This document shows, one piece after another, positions 41,827-52,243 of a DNA stretch of 64,000 nt (the stretch's first letter is position 1; each line of letters opens with the position of its first letter). Source of the stretch: an uncultured Gemmatimonadales bacterium (GTDB lineage Bacteria; Gemmatimonadota; Gemmatimonadetes; Gemmatimonadales; GWC2-71-9); the NCBI GenBank assembly GCA_963705985.1, contig CAVPLK010000006.1, positions 347,067 to 411,066 of the forward strand, in the 5' to 3' direction. The notes under the pieces were generated by a model. That model saw only the letters and a program-made list of their open reading frames with translations, did no database searches and had not been told where the DNA came from. A program made the position numbers and the translations under genes.

Positions 41827-41842
41827 CGTGAATTGTTTCACA
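41827..41842. promoter_or_regulatory. candidate CRP/FNR-family binding site upstream of actA
   Basis: CGTGA-ATTGTT-TCACA matches TGTGA-N6-TCACA at 9 of 10 arm positions. It is centred about 51 nt upstream of the actA ATG. Confidence 0.4.
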
Positions 41843-41885
41843 AATGGCAGTTCCGGCTCTCCCTCCTGGACTATGGTGATGGCTC

Positions 41886-42479
41886 ATGCGTAAGCTGGCC
41901 TCGGTGTTCGGCGGAACGCTGCTCCTGACCCTGGCCGTGGCGTTGCTCGCCCGAGACGCCGCGGCAACGAGGCAGGCGGCGCCGGCCGTCAACGACTCGC
42001 TCCTCGCCCCGGTCCTGACCGCCGCCGATTCCGCGGCGCTGAAGGGCCCGCGCCAGCCGATTTTCTTCCGCCACGACATTCACGCCGGCCAGTTCAAGAT
42101 CAACTGCCAGTACTGCCACTACTCGGTCTCGGTCTCCTCGGAGCCTGGGATCCCGAGCATGAGCACCTGCATGAACTGCCACCTGGTCATCGGCGGCACC
42201 GACTCGACGGCGCAGCGGGAAATTGCCAAGGTCCGCGAGTCCTACAACACCAGCACGCCGGTCGAGTGGAACCGGGTCTATTTCCTGGCCCGCCACGCGC
42301 ACTTCCCCCATATGCGGCACATCAACGCGATGGGACCGAACGCCTGCGCCACCTGCCACGGCGACGTGACGCGGGCGCCCCAGGTGTTCAAGGTGAACAA
42401 CGTGAACAACATGGGCTTCTGCATCAATTGCCACCTGGAGCGGAACGTGTCGCGCGACTGTTCCGTCTGCCACTACTAG
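41886..42479 (+). CDS. actA: Alternative Complex III subunit ActA, pentaheme cytochrome c
   Basis: Five CxxCH motifs (CQYCH, CMNCH, CATCH, CINCH, CSVCH) and an N-terminal membrane anchor. Confidence 0.9.
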   Translation: MRKLASVFGGTLLLTLAVALLARDAAATRQAAPAVNDSLLAPVLTAADSAALKGPRQPIFFRHDIHAGQFKINCQYCHYSVSVSSEPGIPSMSTCMNCHLVIGGTDSTAQREIAKVRESYNTSTPVEWNRVYFLARHAHFPHMRHINAMGPNACATCHGDVTRAPQVFKVNNVNNMGFCINCHLERNVSRDCSVCHY

Positions 42480-42505
42480 CGACTGCCAGCCCTCGAGGCG
42501 CAGCA

Positions 42506-45500
42506 ATGGACGAGACGCAAGACACCGGGATGGACCGACGGCGATTCCTGACCGTGCTCGGCGTGACCGGGGCCGGCACGGCGGCGCTGACCGGCTGCTC
42601 CACGGACCGGGTCCAGAAACTGATTCCGTACCTGGTGCAGTCCGAGGACCAGGTGCCCGGCATCCCCACCTTCTATTCCAGCACCTGCACCGAATGCGCC
42701 GCGGGGTGCGGCCTGCACGTGAAGACGCGTGAGGCGCGCGCCATCAAGCTCGAGGGCAATCCTGCGCACCCGGTCAACGCCGGGAAGCTTTGCGCGCGGG
42801 GTCAGGCAGGGCTCCAATCACTCTACAATCCGAACCGGGTACGCGGGCCGAAGAAGCGCCTGGCCGACGGCGGCATGGCGGATATCCCCTGGGCCGACGC
42901 CGTCGCCGAGCTCGCCGCCAAGGCGGCCGCCGCCGGCGGGAAGGTGGCCGTCATTTCGGGGGCCGGTCGCGGCACCTTCTCCGACCTGCTCGCGGCGTGG
43001 ACCGCGGCGCTGGGCGGCAAGGTGGTCCGGTACCAGCCGTTCGATCACGAGCCGATGCGGGCCGCCAATCGCCAGGTGTTCGGGGTGGACGGCATCCCGG
43101 CGCACGACTTCGCCTCCGCCAAGTTCGTGCTCTCCTTCGGCGCCGACTTCCTCGAGACCTGGCTCGCCCCGGTCGAGAACCAGCGCGGCTTCGCCGCGTC
43201 GCACGGCTATCACGACGGCGCGATGTCCCGCCACGTGGCGCTCGCGCCGCGCATGTCGCTGACCGGGATGAACGCCGATGAGTGGTTTGCCATCGTGCCC
43301 GGCGCCGAGGCGACGATTGCCCTCGCCATGGCGCAGGTGATCCTGGCGGAGCGGAGCAGCGCGCCGTCGGACGCCGTGGCGCTCCGCGGGATGCTCGCGG
43401 CCTACGCCCCCGGGCAGGTGGCGCAGCAGACCGGCCTCACGGCGGAGCAGATCACGCTGCTGGCCCGCGAGTTCGTGTCGGCCGAGCCGAGCCTGGCGGT
43501 GGCCGGCGGCATCGGCAGCCAGCACGCCGGCGCCGCCCAGGTCTGCGCCGCGGTCAACATCCTGAACTATGTGGCCGGCAACGTCGGCCAGACGGTCCGC
43601 TTCGGCGCCGATCTCGAGTCGAGCGACGGGTACGCCGCACTCGCCGCGCTCCAGAAGGACATGGAGGCCGGCCGGATCGCGGTGCTGCTGGTGCACGACG
43701 CCAACCCCGCCTACGCCCTGCCGAAGAGCTCCGGTTTCGCGGCGGCGATGGCCAAGGTGCCGTACAAGGTGTCCACCGCCCTGGTATTCGACGAGACCGC
43801 CGCGCTCTGCGATCTCCTCCTGCCGCAGTCACATGGCCTCGAGCGCTGGGACGACTTGCGCCCCCGTGCCGGCATCCAGTCGCTGATGCAGCCGGTCATG
43901 GAACCGGTGTTCGACACGCTGCCGACGGGTGACGTGCTCCTGCGGGTGGCCAAGGCGGCGGGTGGTCCGCTCGCCGGGCTCCAGGCGGCATCGTGGGAGG
44001 CGTACCTGAAGGCGGAATGGCAGGGCGTGGCCCGTGGCCGCGGGGTGCTCGACTTCCCCTCCTGGTGGGTCAACACGCTGGCCCAGGGCGGCCTCTACGA
44101 CGCGGCGCCGGTACCGACTGCGGTGCGTCTGGCCGCCGGCGCCCAGCAGGTGGTCGGCGCCTCCCCCGCCTTTGCTGGTGAGGGGGACTTCCTCTTTGCG
44201 CCGTCCGCCTCACCGATGCTCTACGACGGGCGCGGCGCCGACAAGCCGTGGCTGCTCGAGAATCCGGACCCCGTCACCAAGATCACCTGGCAGTCGTGGA
44301 TCGAGATCCATCCCGAGACGGCGGCGGAACTCGACATCCGGGAGGGGGAGATCCTCCGGCTGGTGTCCGCCTCGGGCAGCATCGAGGCGCCGGCCTACCT
44401 CTATCCGGGTGTTCGTCGCGACGTGGTCTCGGCGCCGCTCGGGTACGGGCACACCAGCTTCGGGGACTATGCCACCGGCCGCGGCGTCAACGCGCTCGAT
44501 CTGCTGGCCGCCCCGGGCGACGCCCCCTTCGTGTCGTACCTCTCCACCCGGGTCTCGGTGGAAAAGACCCGTCGCTACCAGAAGGTGGCCAAGACAGAAG
44601 GCAACAACCGGCAGCTCGGGCGTGGGATTGCCGAGGCGATGCCGCTCGCGGCCGCGCGGAAGGGGATGACGCCGGAAGAGGCGCACCACGAGGAGGCGGG
44701 CGGCGGGGCGCACGAGATCAACACGCCGCGCGAACTGGAGGCGATCGCCGGATTCGCGGCGGCGCAGAAGGCGGCCACGCTCAAGGGCAACTATGTCGGC
44801 GACCATCCGCAGTGGGGGATGACCATCGACCTGGCCAAGTGCACCGGCTGTTCGGCGTGCGTCACGGCCTGCTACGCCGAGAACAACATCCCGACCGTGG
44901 GCGAGTCGGAGGTGCTGCGCGGCCGGGAAATGAGCTGGATGCGCATCGAGCGGTACTACGAGGGTGGGGAGGAGGGGGCGCCGCTGGAGACGCGCTTCGT
45001 GCCGATGCTCTGCCAGCACTGCGCCAACGCGCCCTGCGAGCCGGTCTGCCCGGTGTACGCCGCCTACCACACGCCGGACGGCCTCAACGGCCAGGTGTAC
45101 AACCGGTGCGTCGGCACCCGGTACTGCAGCAACAACTGCCCCTTCAAGGTGCGGTACTTCAACTGGTTCGCCTACAACAAGAAGGCGTTTCCGGAGCCGC
45201 TCCACCTGCAGCTCAACCCCGACGTGACGGTGCGGGCCCGCGGCGTGATGGAAAAGTGCACCTTCTGCGTGCAGCGGATCCGCGGCGCGCAGAACGAGGC
45301 GGCGCTGGAACACCGCGGGCTCCGCGACGGTGACGTCACCAGCGCCTGCGCCCAGGCCTGCCCCTCGGACGCCATCATTTTCGGCGACCGGATGGACCCG
45401 AACAGCCGGGTGGCGCTGAGCGCCGCGGACCCGCGCGGGTACCACGTCTTTGAGGAGACCAACGTGCGGCCGTCCGTCACCTATCTGGCCAAGGTCCTCA

Positions 45501-45517
45501 ACGGGGTGGAGGCGTAG
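42506..45517 (+). CDS. actB: ACIII subunit ActB (fused molybdopterin-oxidoreductase-like B1 and 4Fe-4S B2 domains)
   Basis: Tat signal DRRRFLTVLGVTGAG. Molybdopterin-family N-terminal part. Ferredoxin clusters CTGCSACVTAC, CQHCANAPCEPVCP, CVGTRYCSNNCP. Confidence 0.9.
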   Translation: MDETQDTGMDRRRFLTVLGVTGAGTAALTGCSTDRVQKLIPYLVQSEDQVPGIPTFYSSTCTECAAGCGLHVKTREARAIKLEGNPAHPVNAGKLCARGQAGLQSLYNPNRVRGPKKRLADGGMADIPWADAVAELAAKAAAAGGKVAVISGAGRGTFSDLLAAWTAALGGKVVRYQPFDHEPMRAANRQVFGVDGIPAHDFASAKFVLSFGADFLETWLAPVENQRGFAASHGYHDGAMSRHVALAPRMSLTGMNADEWFAIVPGAEATIALAMAQVILAERSSAPSDAVALRGMLAAYAPGQVAQQTGLTAEQITLLAREFVSAEPSLAVAGGIGSQHAGAAQVCAAVNILNYVAGNVGQTVRFGADLESSDGYAALAALQKDMEAGRIAVLLVHDANPAYALPKSSGFAAAMAKVPYKVSTALVFDETAALCDLLLPQSHGLERWDDLRPRAGIQSLMQPVMEPVFDTLPTGDVLLRVAKAAGGPLAGLQAASWEAYLKAEWQGVARGRGVLDFPSWWVNTLAQGGLYDAAPVPTAVRLAAGAQQVVGASPAFAGEGDFLFAPSASPMLYDGRGADKPWLLENPDPVTKITWQSWIEIHPETAAELDIREGEILRLVSASGSIEAPAYLYPGVRRDVVSAPLGYGHTSFGDYATGRGVNALDLLAAPGDAPFVSYLSTRVSVEKTRRYQKVAKTEGNNRQLGRGIAEAMPLAAARKGMTPEEAHHEEAGGGAHEINTPRELEAIAGFAAAQKAATLKGNYVGDHPQWGMTIDLAKCTGCSACVTACYAENNIPTVGESEVLRGREMSWMRIERYYEGGEEGAPLETRFVPMLCQHCANAPCEPVCPVYAAYHTPDGLNGQVYNRCVGTRYCSNNCPFKVRYFNWFAYNKKAFPEPLHLQLNPDVTVRARGVMEKCTFCVQRIRGAQNEAALEHRGLRDGDVTSACAQACPSDAIIFGDRMDPNSRVALSAADPRGYHVFEETNVRPSVTYLAKVLNGVEA

Positions 45518-46853
<1,336 letters not shown>

Positions 46854-46854
<1 letters not shown>

Positions 46855-47363
46855 TGGCGACCATGACGCCCGGCGTCCTCGCCAGCTTCGTCCACGTCGA
46901 TGCCGCGACGGATGCCATCCGCGCCCTCAAGGCGCAGGGGCACACGGACCTGACCGTCTACACCCCGGCGCCCAACCATGAGATCGAGGAGGCGCTCGAT
47001 CATCCGGTGAGTCCGGTCCGCCTCTTCACCCTGGTCGGCGGGCTGACCGGGTGCGCCGCGGGCTTCGCGATGACCTTCTGGATGTCCAACAACTGGCCGT
47101 TGCTGGTCGGCGGCAAGCCGATCGCCACGGTGCCGCCGTACGTGGTGCTCGGGTTCGAGCTGATGATCCTCCTCGGCGCGCTCAGCACGGTGGCGGGCAT
47201 GATCATCATGTCGGCGGTGAACGCCCGGAAACGGGTCCCCTACAGCGAGAAGTTCTCCGATGACCAGATCGGCGTGTTCGTGCCCTGCCGCGCCGAGCAG
47301 GCCGCCGCGGTCGAGACCCTGCTCAAGCGCGCCGGCTCGGTGGAGGTGACGCATGCGTCGTAG
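46854..47363 (+). CDS. actD: ACIII subunit ActD
   Basis: 169 aa. The ATG overlaps the actC stop. Position and two central hydrophobic helices fit ActD. Confidence 0.75.
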
Positions 47364-47931
47364 CGCGCATCCGGCCTTCGCCCTGGGGCTGCTGCTGGCG
47401 GCCACCACGGGATGCAACACCTGGTACAACGACGTGCCCTCGCCGGACACCCTCGTGGCCCAGGTGCCGTGGTTCGATCACATGATCTCGTCGCAGGCCG
47501 TCTTCCCGTATTCCCGGCTGGGCATTCCGCGGAACACTCCTCCCGGGACCGTCCCGGTCACCGGGGGCGAGGTGGACTGGTCGGCCGAGTGGGCCACCGG
47601 CACCACCACGACGGCCGACAAGCTGGTCAATCCGGTCGCCGGTGTGCCCAGCGCCCGCGGCGACACCCTTTACCACACCTTCTGCGCCGTCTGCCACGGC
47701 GTGGCGGGGGCGGGAGACGGGCCGGTCGGACCGAAGGTCGCGGCTCCTTCCATCCTGACCCCGCGCGCCATCGGCTACTCCGACGGGTACCTCTACAGCA
47801 TCACGCGCTACGGCCGGGGCATCATGGGCAAGTACGGCGACAAGATCACCGACCAGGATGACCGCTGGCAGGTCGTCAACTACGTGCGCCAGCTGCAGTC
47901 GGCGGCGCCCCAGTCGACGGGAGGCCAGTGA
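47353..47931 (+). CDS. actE: ACIII subunit ActE, monoheme cytochrome c lipoprotein
   Basis: Lipobox LAATTGC and a single CAVCH motif. Confidence 0.85.
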   Translation: MRRSAHPAFALGLLLAATTGCNTWYNDVPSPDTLVAQVPWFDHMISSQAVFPYSRLGIPRNTPPGTVPVTGGEVDWSAEWATGTTTTADKLVNPVAGVPSARGDTLYHTFCAVCHGVAGAGDGPVGPKVAAPSILTPRAIGYSDGYLYSITRYGRGIMGKYGDKITDQDDRWQVVNYVRQLQSAAPQSTGGQ

Positions 47932-49274
47932 TGCGCGACGCCAAACTGCAGAGTCGACTCTCCGGCCATGCCCTCGGCGGCCGCTTCCAGCTCTTCGTGC
48001 TCGGCGGCGGCGTCCTGGCGCTCGCCGGGGCCGCCCTCTTCGCGATGTCGCTCTCGGGCGCCGAGGCCGATCGGGCCTGGCAGCTCTTCCACGTCAATTG
48101 GCTCTATTTCACCGGGCTGGCCGGCGGGTCGGTGGCTCTCGCGGCGGTGCACAAGATCGTCAAGGCGAAGTGGTCGGGCGTCGTGCTCCGGTTTGCCGAG
48201 GCGGCGGTGGCCTTCTTCCCGATTTCGCTCCTCGGGCTCGTGCTGATCTTTACCCTTGGATACGACCACATCTACGGGCCGATGCACGAGCAGCTGCACT
48301 CGCTGGCGCACGGCAAGGCGCTCTGGCTCTCGAAGCCGTGGATGTTTGGCCGGCTCTTCGTCGGTCTCTGCGCGCTCTACTACCTCGGGTGGCAATTGAT
48401 CCGGGCCGACCTGCTGCCGGACCTGGCCGACACCCTCGAGCAGGCCGACGGCCCGCGCCGGGCGCGGTACGAGCGGATGCTGGCCGGCTTCGACAACAGC
48501 GCGGAGGGCCGCGCCGCCAACGAGGCGCGCCTGGCCCGCCTCGGCCCGATGTTCGCCGCCACCTACGCGATGGTGTTCACCCTGGTGGCGTTCGACGGCA
48601 TCATGGCGCTGCAGCCGCACTGGTTCTCGAACCTCCTCGGCGGCTTCTACTTCATGGGCTCGTTCCTCGGCGCCCATATGCTCCTGGCGCTGACGGTCAT
48701 GTACGCCGGCAACCAGACCGGCGTCTGGAACCTGATCTCGCCCAAGCAGCGCCACGACCTGGGCAAGCTCTGCTTCGGCTTCACGGTGTTCTGGGCCTAC
48801 CTGATGTTCGCCCAGTTCCTCGTCATCTGGTACGGCAACCTCCCCGAAGAAACCGGGTTCGTCTTCGCCCGGCTCTGGGGCACCTGGCTTCCGATCGGCC
48901 GCGCCGTCTTCCTCGGGATGTTCCTGATCCCCTTCCTCGGCCTCCTCGGCGTCTCGGCGAAGAAATTCCCCGGCACGATGGCGCTCTTCGCCACTGTCTC
49001 GCTCGTGGCGCTCTGGCTGGAGCGGTACCTGCTGGTGATGCCGTCGGTGACCGAACTCGAAGGCCCGAACTTCGGCCTCCCGGAACTCGGCCCGACGCTC
49101 CTGATGGCCGGCCTCTTCTTCCTGGCCTACGGGCTCTTTGCCCGGCGCTTCCCGATGGTCTCGCCGCGCCTCGCCGAGATCACCGTCCTGGCCGAACGCC
49201 ACCACGCGATCGAGGATCATTTCGATCATGATGAGAAGGCGACAGACTTCCTTGCGGAGCCCGAGGCGAGCTGA
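47931..49274 (+). CDS. actF: ACIII membrane subunit ActF (NrfD-like paralog of ActC)
   Basis: Polytopic membrane protein directly after actE. The ATG overlaps the actE stop (TGATG); a GTG at 47928 is the alternative start. Confidence 0.8.
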   Translation: MRDAKLQSRLSGHALGGRFQLFVLGGGVLALAGAALFAMSLSGAEADRAWQLFHVNWLYFTGLAGGSVALAAVHKIVKAKWSGVVLRFAEAAVAFFPISLLGLVLIFTLGYDHIYGPMHEQLHSLAHGKALWLSKPWMFGRLFVGLCALYYLGWQLIRADLLPDLADTLEQADGPRRARYERMLAGFDNSAEGRAANEARLARLGPMFAATYAMVFTLVAFDGIMALQPHWFSNLLGGFYFMGSFLGAHMLLALTVMYAGNQTGVWNLISPKQRHDLGKLCFGFTVFWAYLMFAQFLVIWYGNLPEETGFVFARLWGTWLPIGRAVFLGMFLIPFLGLLGVSAKKFPGTMALFATVSLVALWLERYLLVMPSVTELEGPNFGLPELGPTLLMAGLFFLAYGLFARRFPMVSPRLAEITVLAERHHAIEDHFDHDEKATDFLAEPEAS

Positions 49275-49310
49275 ACTCGCGGCGGGGCAGCGGGGCCGCA
49301 GGGCCGGGCG

Positions 49311-49395
49311 GCAGGGAGGCAGAAAATCGAGCGGGGGGTTCCCAAAGTGGGAGCCCCCCGCTGTTACCTTCGCCCTGCCTCCATCCTCCCTGCCT
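49311..49395. terminator. long imperfect hairpin between convergent actF and the anti-sigma gene
   Basis: Core stem AGCGGGGGG (49330-49338) pairs with CCCCCCGCT (49354-49362). It is flanked by outer complementary GGCAGGGAGGC / GCCTCCCTGCC-like arms. Confidence 0.55.
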
Positions 49396-49430
49396 CCCCG
49401 CCTCCCCGCCTCCCCGCCTCCCTGCCGCTC

Positions 49431-50456
49431 CTACTTCACCCTCAGCATGAACGCCTTCAGCGAATCGGACGGGGCACTCCCGAAGATGGCGAGGGTGCGC
49501 GGCGCATTGCCGGGCGTCGCCAGGCTTGATCCGTCGGGGCTCAGCGGAGGTGCGGTGAGTTCCATGTCCTGCAGTTCGGCGCTGGCGCTCTGGCCCGGCT
49601 GCTGGGAGAGGAGCGCCGCCACCTCGGTGGCCGGACCCTCGACGGTGCTGATGACCTCGCCGTTGGCGAGCAGCTGCGTCACCAGCGTGATCGGCCGGCC
49701 TCCCTGGGGAGCCTGCCTCTGCTTCACCTGCACCACCGGCACTCCCTCAACCCTGGGCACCCACTCCTCCTGCGACGACTGGCTGTTGGTGAACGCAACC
49801 GTCCGCCAGACGCCCGAGAGTACCGGATCCCGGGTGGCCGACGTGCCGTCGAGCGAGGCCAGGGAGGTGCCGACTGGCCTCGGGGGTTCGACCGATTCCA
49901 CCGGCATCACCTCGGGCTGGGTCGGGGTCCGGGGGGAGGGGGTGACCCGGGAGGCCGGCCGGTCGGAGGCGCCCACAGCGCGGGTTGGGGTGGGGCTGAG
50001 GGTCCGAGCCGGAGTGATGGCGAGCGTTGCGGGAGGAAGTTCGGCAGTGATCGGGGGCGCCTGCACCGGTGCCGCGTTCCCCGAGGCGATGGGGCCTGCC
50101 GGAACACCCCGGTCCCACCATTGATTCAGTCCCCAGCCGAGGCCAAGGGCGGCGACCACAGTGGCGGCCCAGGCGGCATCGCGCAGCCGGTGGCTCCGGT
50201 GGGAGCTGTGCTGCTGGAATGCCGTGGAGAGCTCGGCGTAGGGCCGGGGGCGGATTCGGCGCGGCGCTGCGGTTACCAGGAGGGCGGTGGTCCGGTCGCG
50301 GAGCGCGGCGATCCCGTCGCGCTCGGCCCGGCAGCCCTGGCACCCGGCCAGGTGGTGCTCGATCTCCACGCACTGCGACCGGCTCAGCGCCTGGTCGAGG
50401 TAGGCGTGCAGCTCTTCTTCCGGGATATGGCGCAGGGGTTCAGGCGTGCGCGGCAT
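49431..50456 (-). CDS. anti-sigma factor (zf-HC2 N-terminus, one TM segment, Pro/Thr-rich linker)
   Basis: HAYLDQALSRSQCVEIEHHLAGCQGCRAE carries the H-x3-C-x2-C motif. It follows and overlaps the ECF sigma gene. TM segment AAWAATVVAALGLGWGL. Confidence 0.8.
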   Translation of the reverse strand: MPRTPEPLRHIPEEELHAYLDQALSRSQCVEIEHHLAGCQGCRAERDGIAALRDRTTALLVTAAPRRIRPRPYAELSTAFQQHSSHRSHRLRDAAWAATVVAALGLGWGLNQWWDRGVPAGPIASGNAAPVQAPPITAELPPATLAITPARTLSPTPTRAVGASDRPASRVTPSPRTPTQPEVMPVESVEPPRPVGTSLASLDGTSATRDPVLSGVWRTVAFTNSQSSQEEWVPRVEGVPVVQVKQRQAPQGGRPITLVTQLLANGEVISTVEGPATEVAALLSQQPGQSASAELQDMELTAPPLSPDGSSLATPGNAPRTLAIFGSAPSDSLKAFMLRVK

Positions 50457-50961
50457 GGTTCCGTTTCCGTTCGACTTCCATTCGGTCGTGCGCCTCGATG
50501 AGGCGCTTGCGGGCGCGCGCCAGGGTGGTCCCCACGGCACCGACGGCGAGCCCCGACTGTTCGGCAATCTCCGGGTAGCTGAGGCCCGCGTCCCAGAGCA
50601 GGAGCACGTCGCGGTCGCGCTGGGAGAGTTCTGCCAGGGCGGCCCGGACCTTTACCATTTTCTCGTCGTGCTCGAGGTTCTCTTCGCCTTCCGGCTCCAC
50701 CTGGTGCCGCTGCGTCGGTTCGTTGGTCAGCAGGGTCAGGTGCTTCCGCCGCCGGATGGCCGACCGAGCCTCGTCCCGGGCCAGGTTGGCGGCCACGGCA
50801 AAGACCCAGGCGCGGGGCTTTTCCGGCCGATGGCGCATGGCCCGGACGAACACCTCTTGCGCGAGATCCTCCGCCCGGTCGGCGTCCCACACCTTTCGGT
50901 ACAGGAACCGCACCACCGCGGCGTAGGTCGTCAGGTACAGGGTCTCGATCTCGTCGCGCAC
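50440..50961 (-). CDS. ECF-type RNA polymerase sigma-70 factor
   Basis: Region 2 (DAEDLAQEVFVRA) and region 4 (LSQRDRDVLLLWDAGLSYPEIAEQSGLAVGAVGTTLARARKRL). GTG start. Confidence 0.85.
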   Translation of the reverse strand: MRDEIETLYLTTYAAVVRFLYRKVWDADRAEDLAQEVFVRAMRHRPEKPRAWVFAVAANLARDEARSAIRRRKHLTLLTNEPTQRHQVEPEGEENLEHDEKMVKVRAALAELSQRDRDVLLLWDAGLSYPEIAEQSGLAVGAVGTTLARARKRLIEAHDRMEVERKRNHAAHA

Positions 50962-51094
50962 GCGGGGCCTTTGGGACAGGGGAGCACGGCTACAAGTCTA
51001 TGTAAGATATGATGATCTTGCGGCCAATTGCCATCTGGGTAGGGGACGTCTGGGTGGGGGGTATCTGCACATCGCCCCGGCGGGGGAGGCACCT

Positions 51095-51206
51095 CGTGCG
51101 CGGGCGGACCGACCGGGGTGGGCATGGGCCCCGATGTGCTTCACGAACCCGTGCGCGGGCGGACCGACCGGGGTGGGCTCACGCCCACCCCTATTCAAGC
51201 GAACGC
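51095..51206 (+). repeat. REP-like element family 2: 29-nt direct repeat plus palindrome
   Basis: CGTGCGCGGGCGGACCGACCGGGGTGGGC occurs at 51095-51123 and again at 51150-51178. The second copy runs into the hairpin GGGGTGGGC-TCAC-GCCCACCCC and then TATTCAAGCG. A related copy lies at 62578-62614. Confidence 0.7.
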
Positions 51207-51306
51207 GCCGCTTCGTCCCGGATGCCAGGAATCCCCCCGGTTGACCAATTCCGTGAGGCTGACGCTTGACGCCATCAGTGGGCGTTCGCACCTTCGGCCC
51301 CGCTGC

Positions 51307-52062
51307 CTACCTGCCTCGCCGCCCCGACGCAAAGACACACCCCGGATGCATGAGGTCCCCCCCCTCCGGCCAGGTGCTGCAGAGGTCCGGTTTGGCCGGT
51401 CGGCCGTCTTCCCGGAGCCGGCCATGGAGGCTGCAGGCCACGCCGTCCTCGCCGAGGTATCCGCAGGCGGAGATCATCTCGGACTCGATCGAGTCTTCTT
51501 CGTCGCGATCGGTCTTGCAGAGATAGGGGGACTGGCGTGCCCGGACCAGTGCCTCGAGGTGTGTCTGCTCCCGGGTGCACATGATCTCGACCTGGAGGTC
51601 GCGGCAGCAGGCGGCGCTCCGGGTATGATCGGCGGTCCTGCACCGGGCGCCGAGGCAGGGGTTGGTACCGAGCACGGGGAGCCCCGCCTTCACGTCCACC
51701 GCGGGCCGGGCGACGAGGCGGCCCTGGTCGACGAGGCGAAAGCGACTCCCGCCCAGTTGTCGGGGCTGCGTGGGGCGGCGGGGACGGGGAGGGGAGGGGG
51801 CGCGGAAGCCGTGTGCAGCGCAGCGGGCCTGCCCGTCCTTCTCTTTCAGGTACTTGCAGGGGACGTGCAACCGGGTGTCGACCAGCAGGTCGCCTTTCCT
51901 GCGGTGCAGCCTTCCAAAGTCCATCCGGTCGGTGTGACCGAGGAGCCAGGTCGCCTCGTGGTCGAGGGACTCCTGACCATCCTCCAGTTTACCGATTCGG
52001 AGGGTGACGTCGAGCGACCGGCACTGGCGGCCGAGGGCGGTGCAGGCAGGGGGCGTGGGCAT
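51307..52062 (-). CDS. Cys-rich YkgJ/UPF0153-like putative Fe-S or zinc-binding protein
   Basis: Cysteine clusters CLGARC...AACCRD and CGYLGEDGVACSLHG...PDLCSTWP resemble the CxxCxxCC family. 251 aa. Confidence 0.55.
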   Translation of the reverse strand: MPTPPACTALGRQCRSLDVTLRIGKLEDGQESLDHEATWLLGHTDRMDFGRLHRRKGDLLVDTRLHVPCKYLKEKDGQARCAAHGFRAPSPPRPRRPTQPRQLGGSRFRLVDQGRLVARPAVDVKAGLPVLGTNPCLGARCRTADHTRSAACCRDLQVEIMCTREQTHLEALVRARQSPYLCKTDRDEEDSIESEMISACGYLGEDGVACSLHGRLREDGRPAKPDLCSTWPEGGDLMHPGCVFASGRRGR

Positions 52063-52243
52063 GGGCTTCCGGATTGAGTGTTCGCCAAAATGCTGGCGCG
52101 AATGATAGCCCCGCAGGGGGAGGCTCGCGTGGTAGGGGGTCGTCGGTTATCTTTGCGCCTTCGTTCACAAGGGAATCCGCACTTGTGAGCCTGGGGAGGG
52201 CGGACACGGGCGGGCGGGACAACTCATCAGTTCTTTTGGAGGT

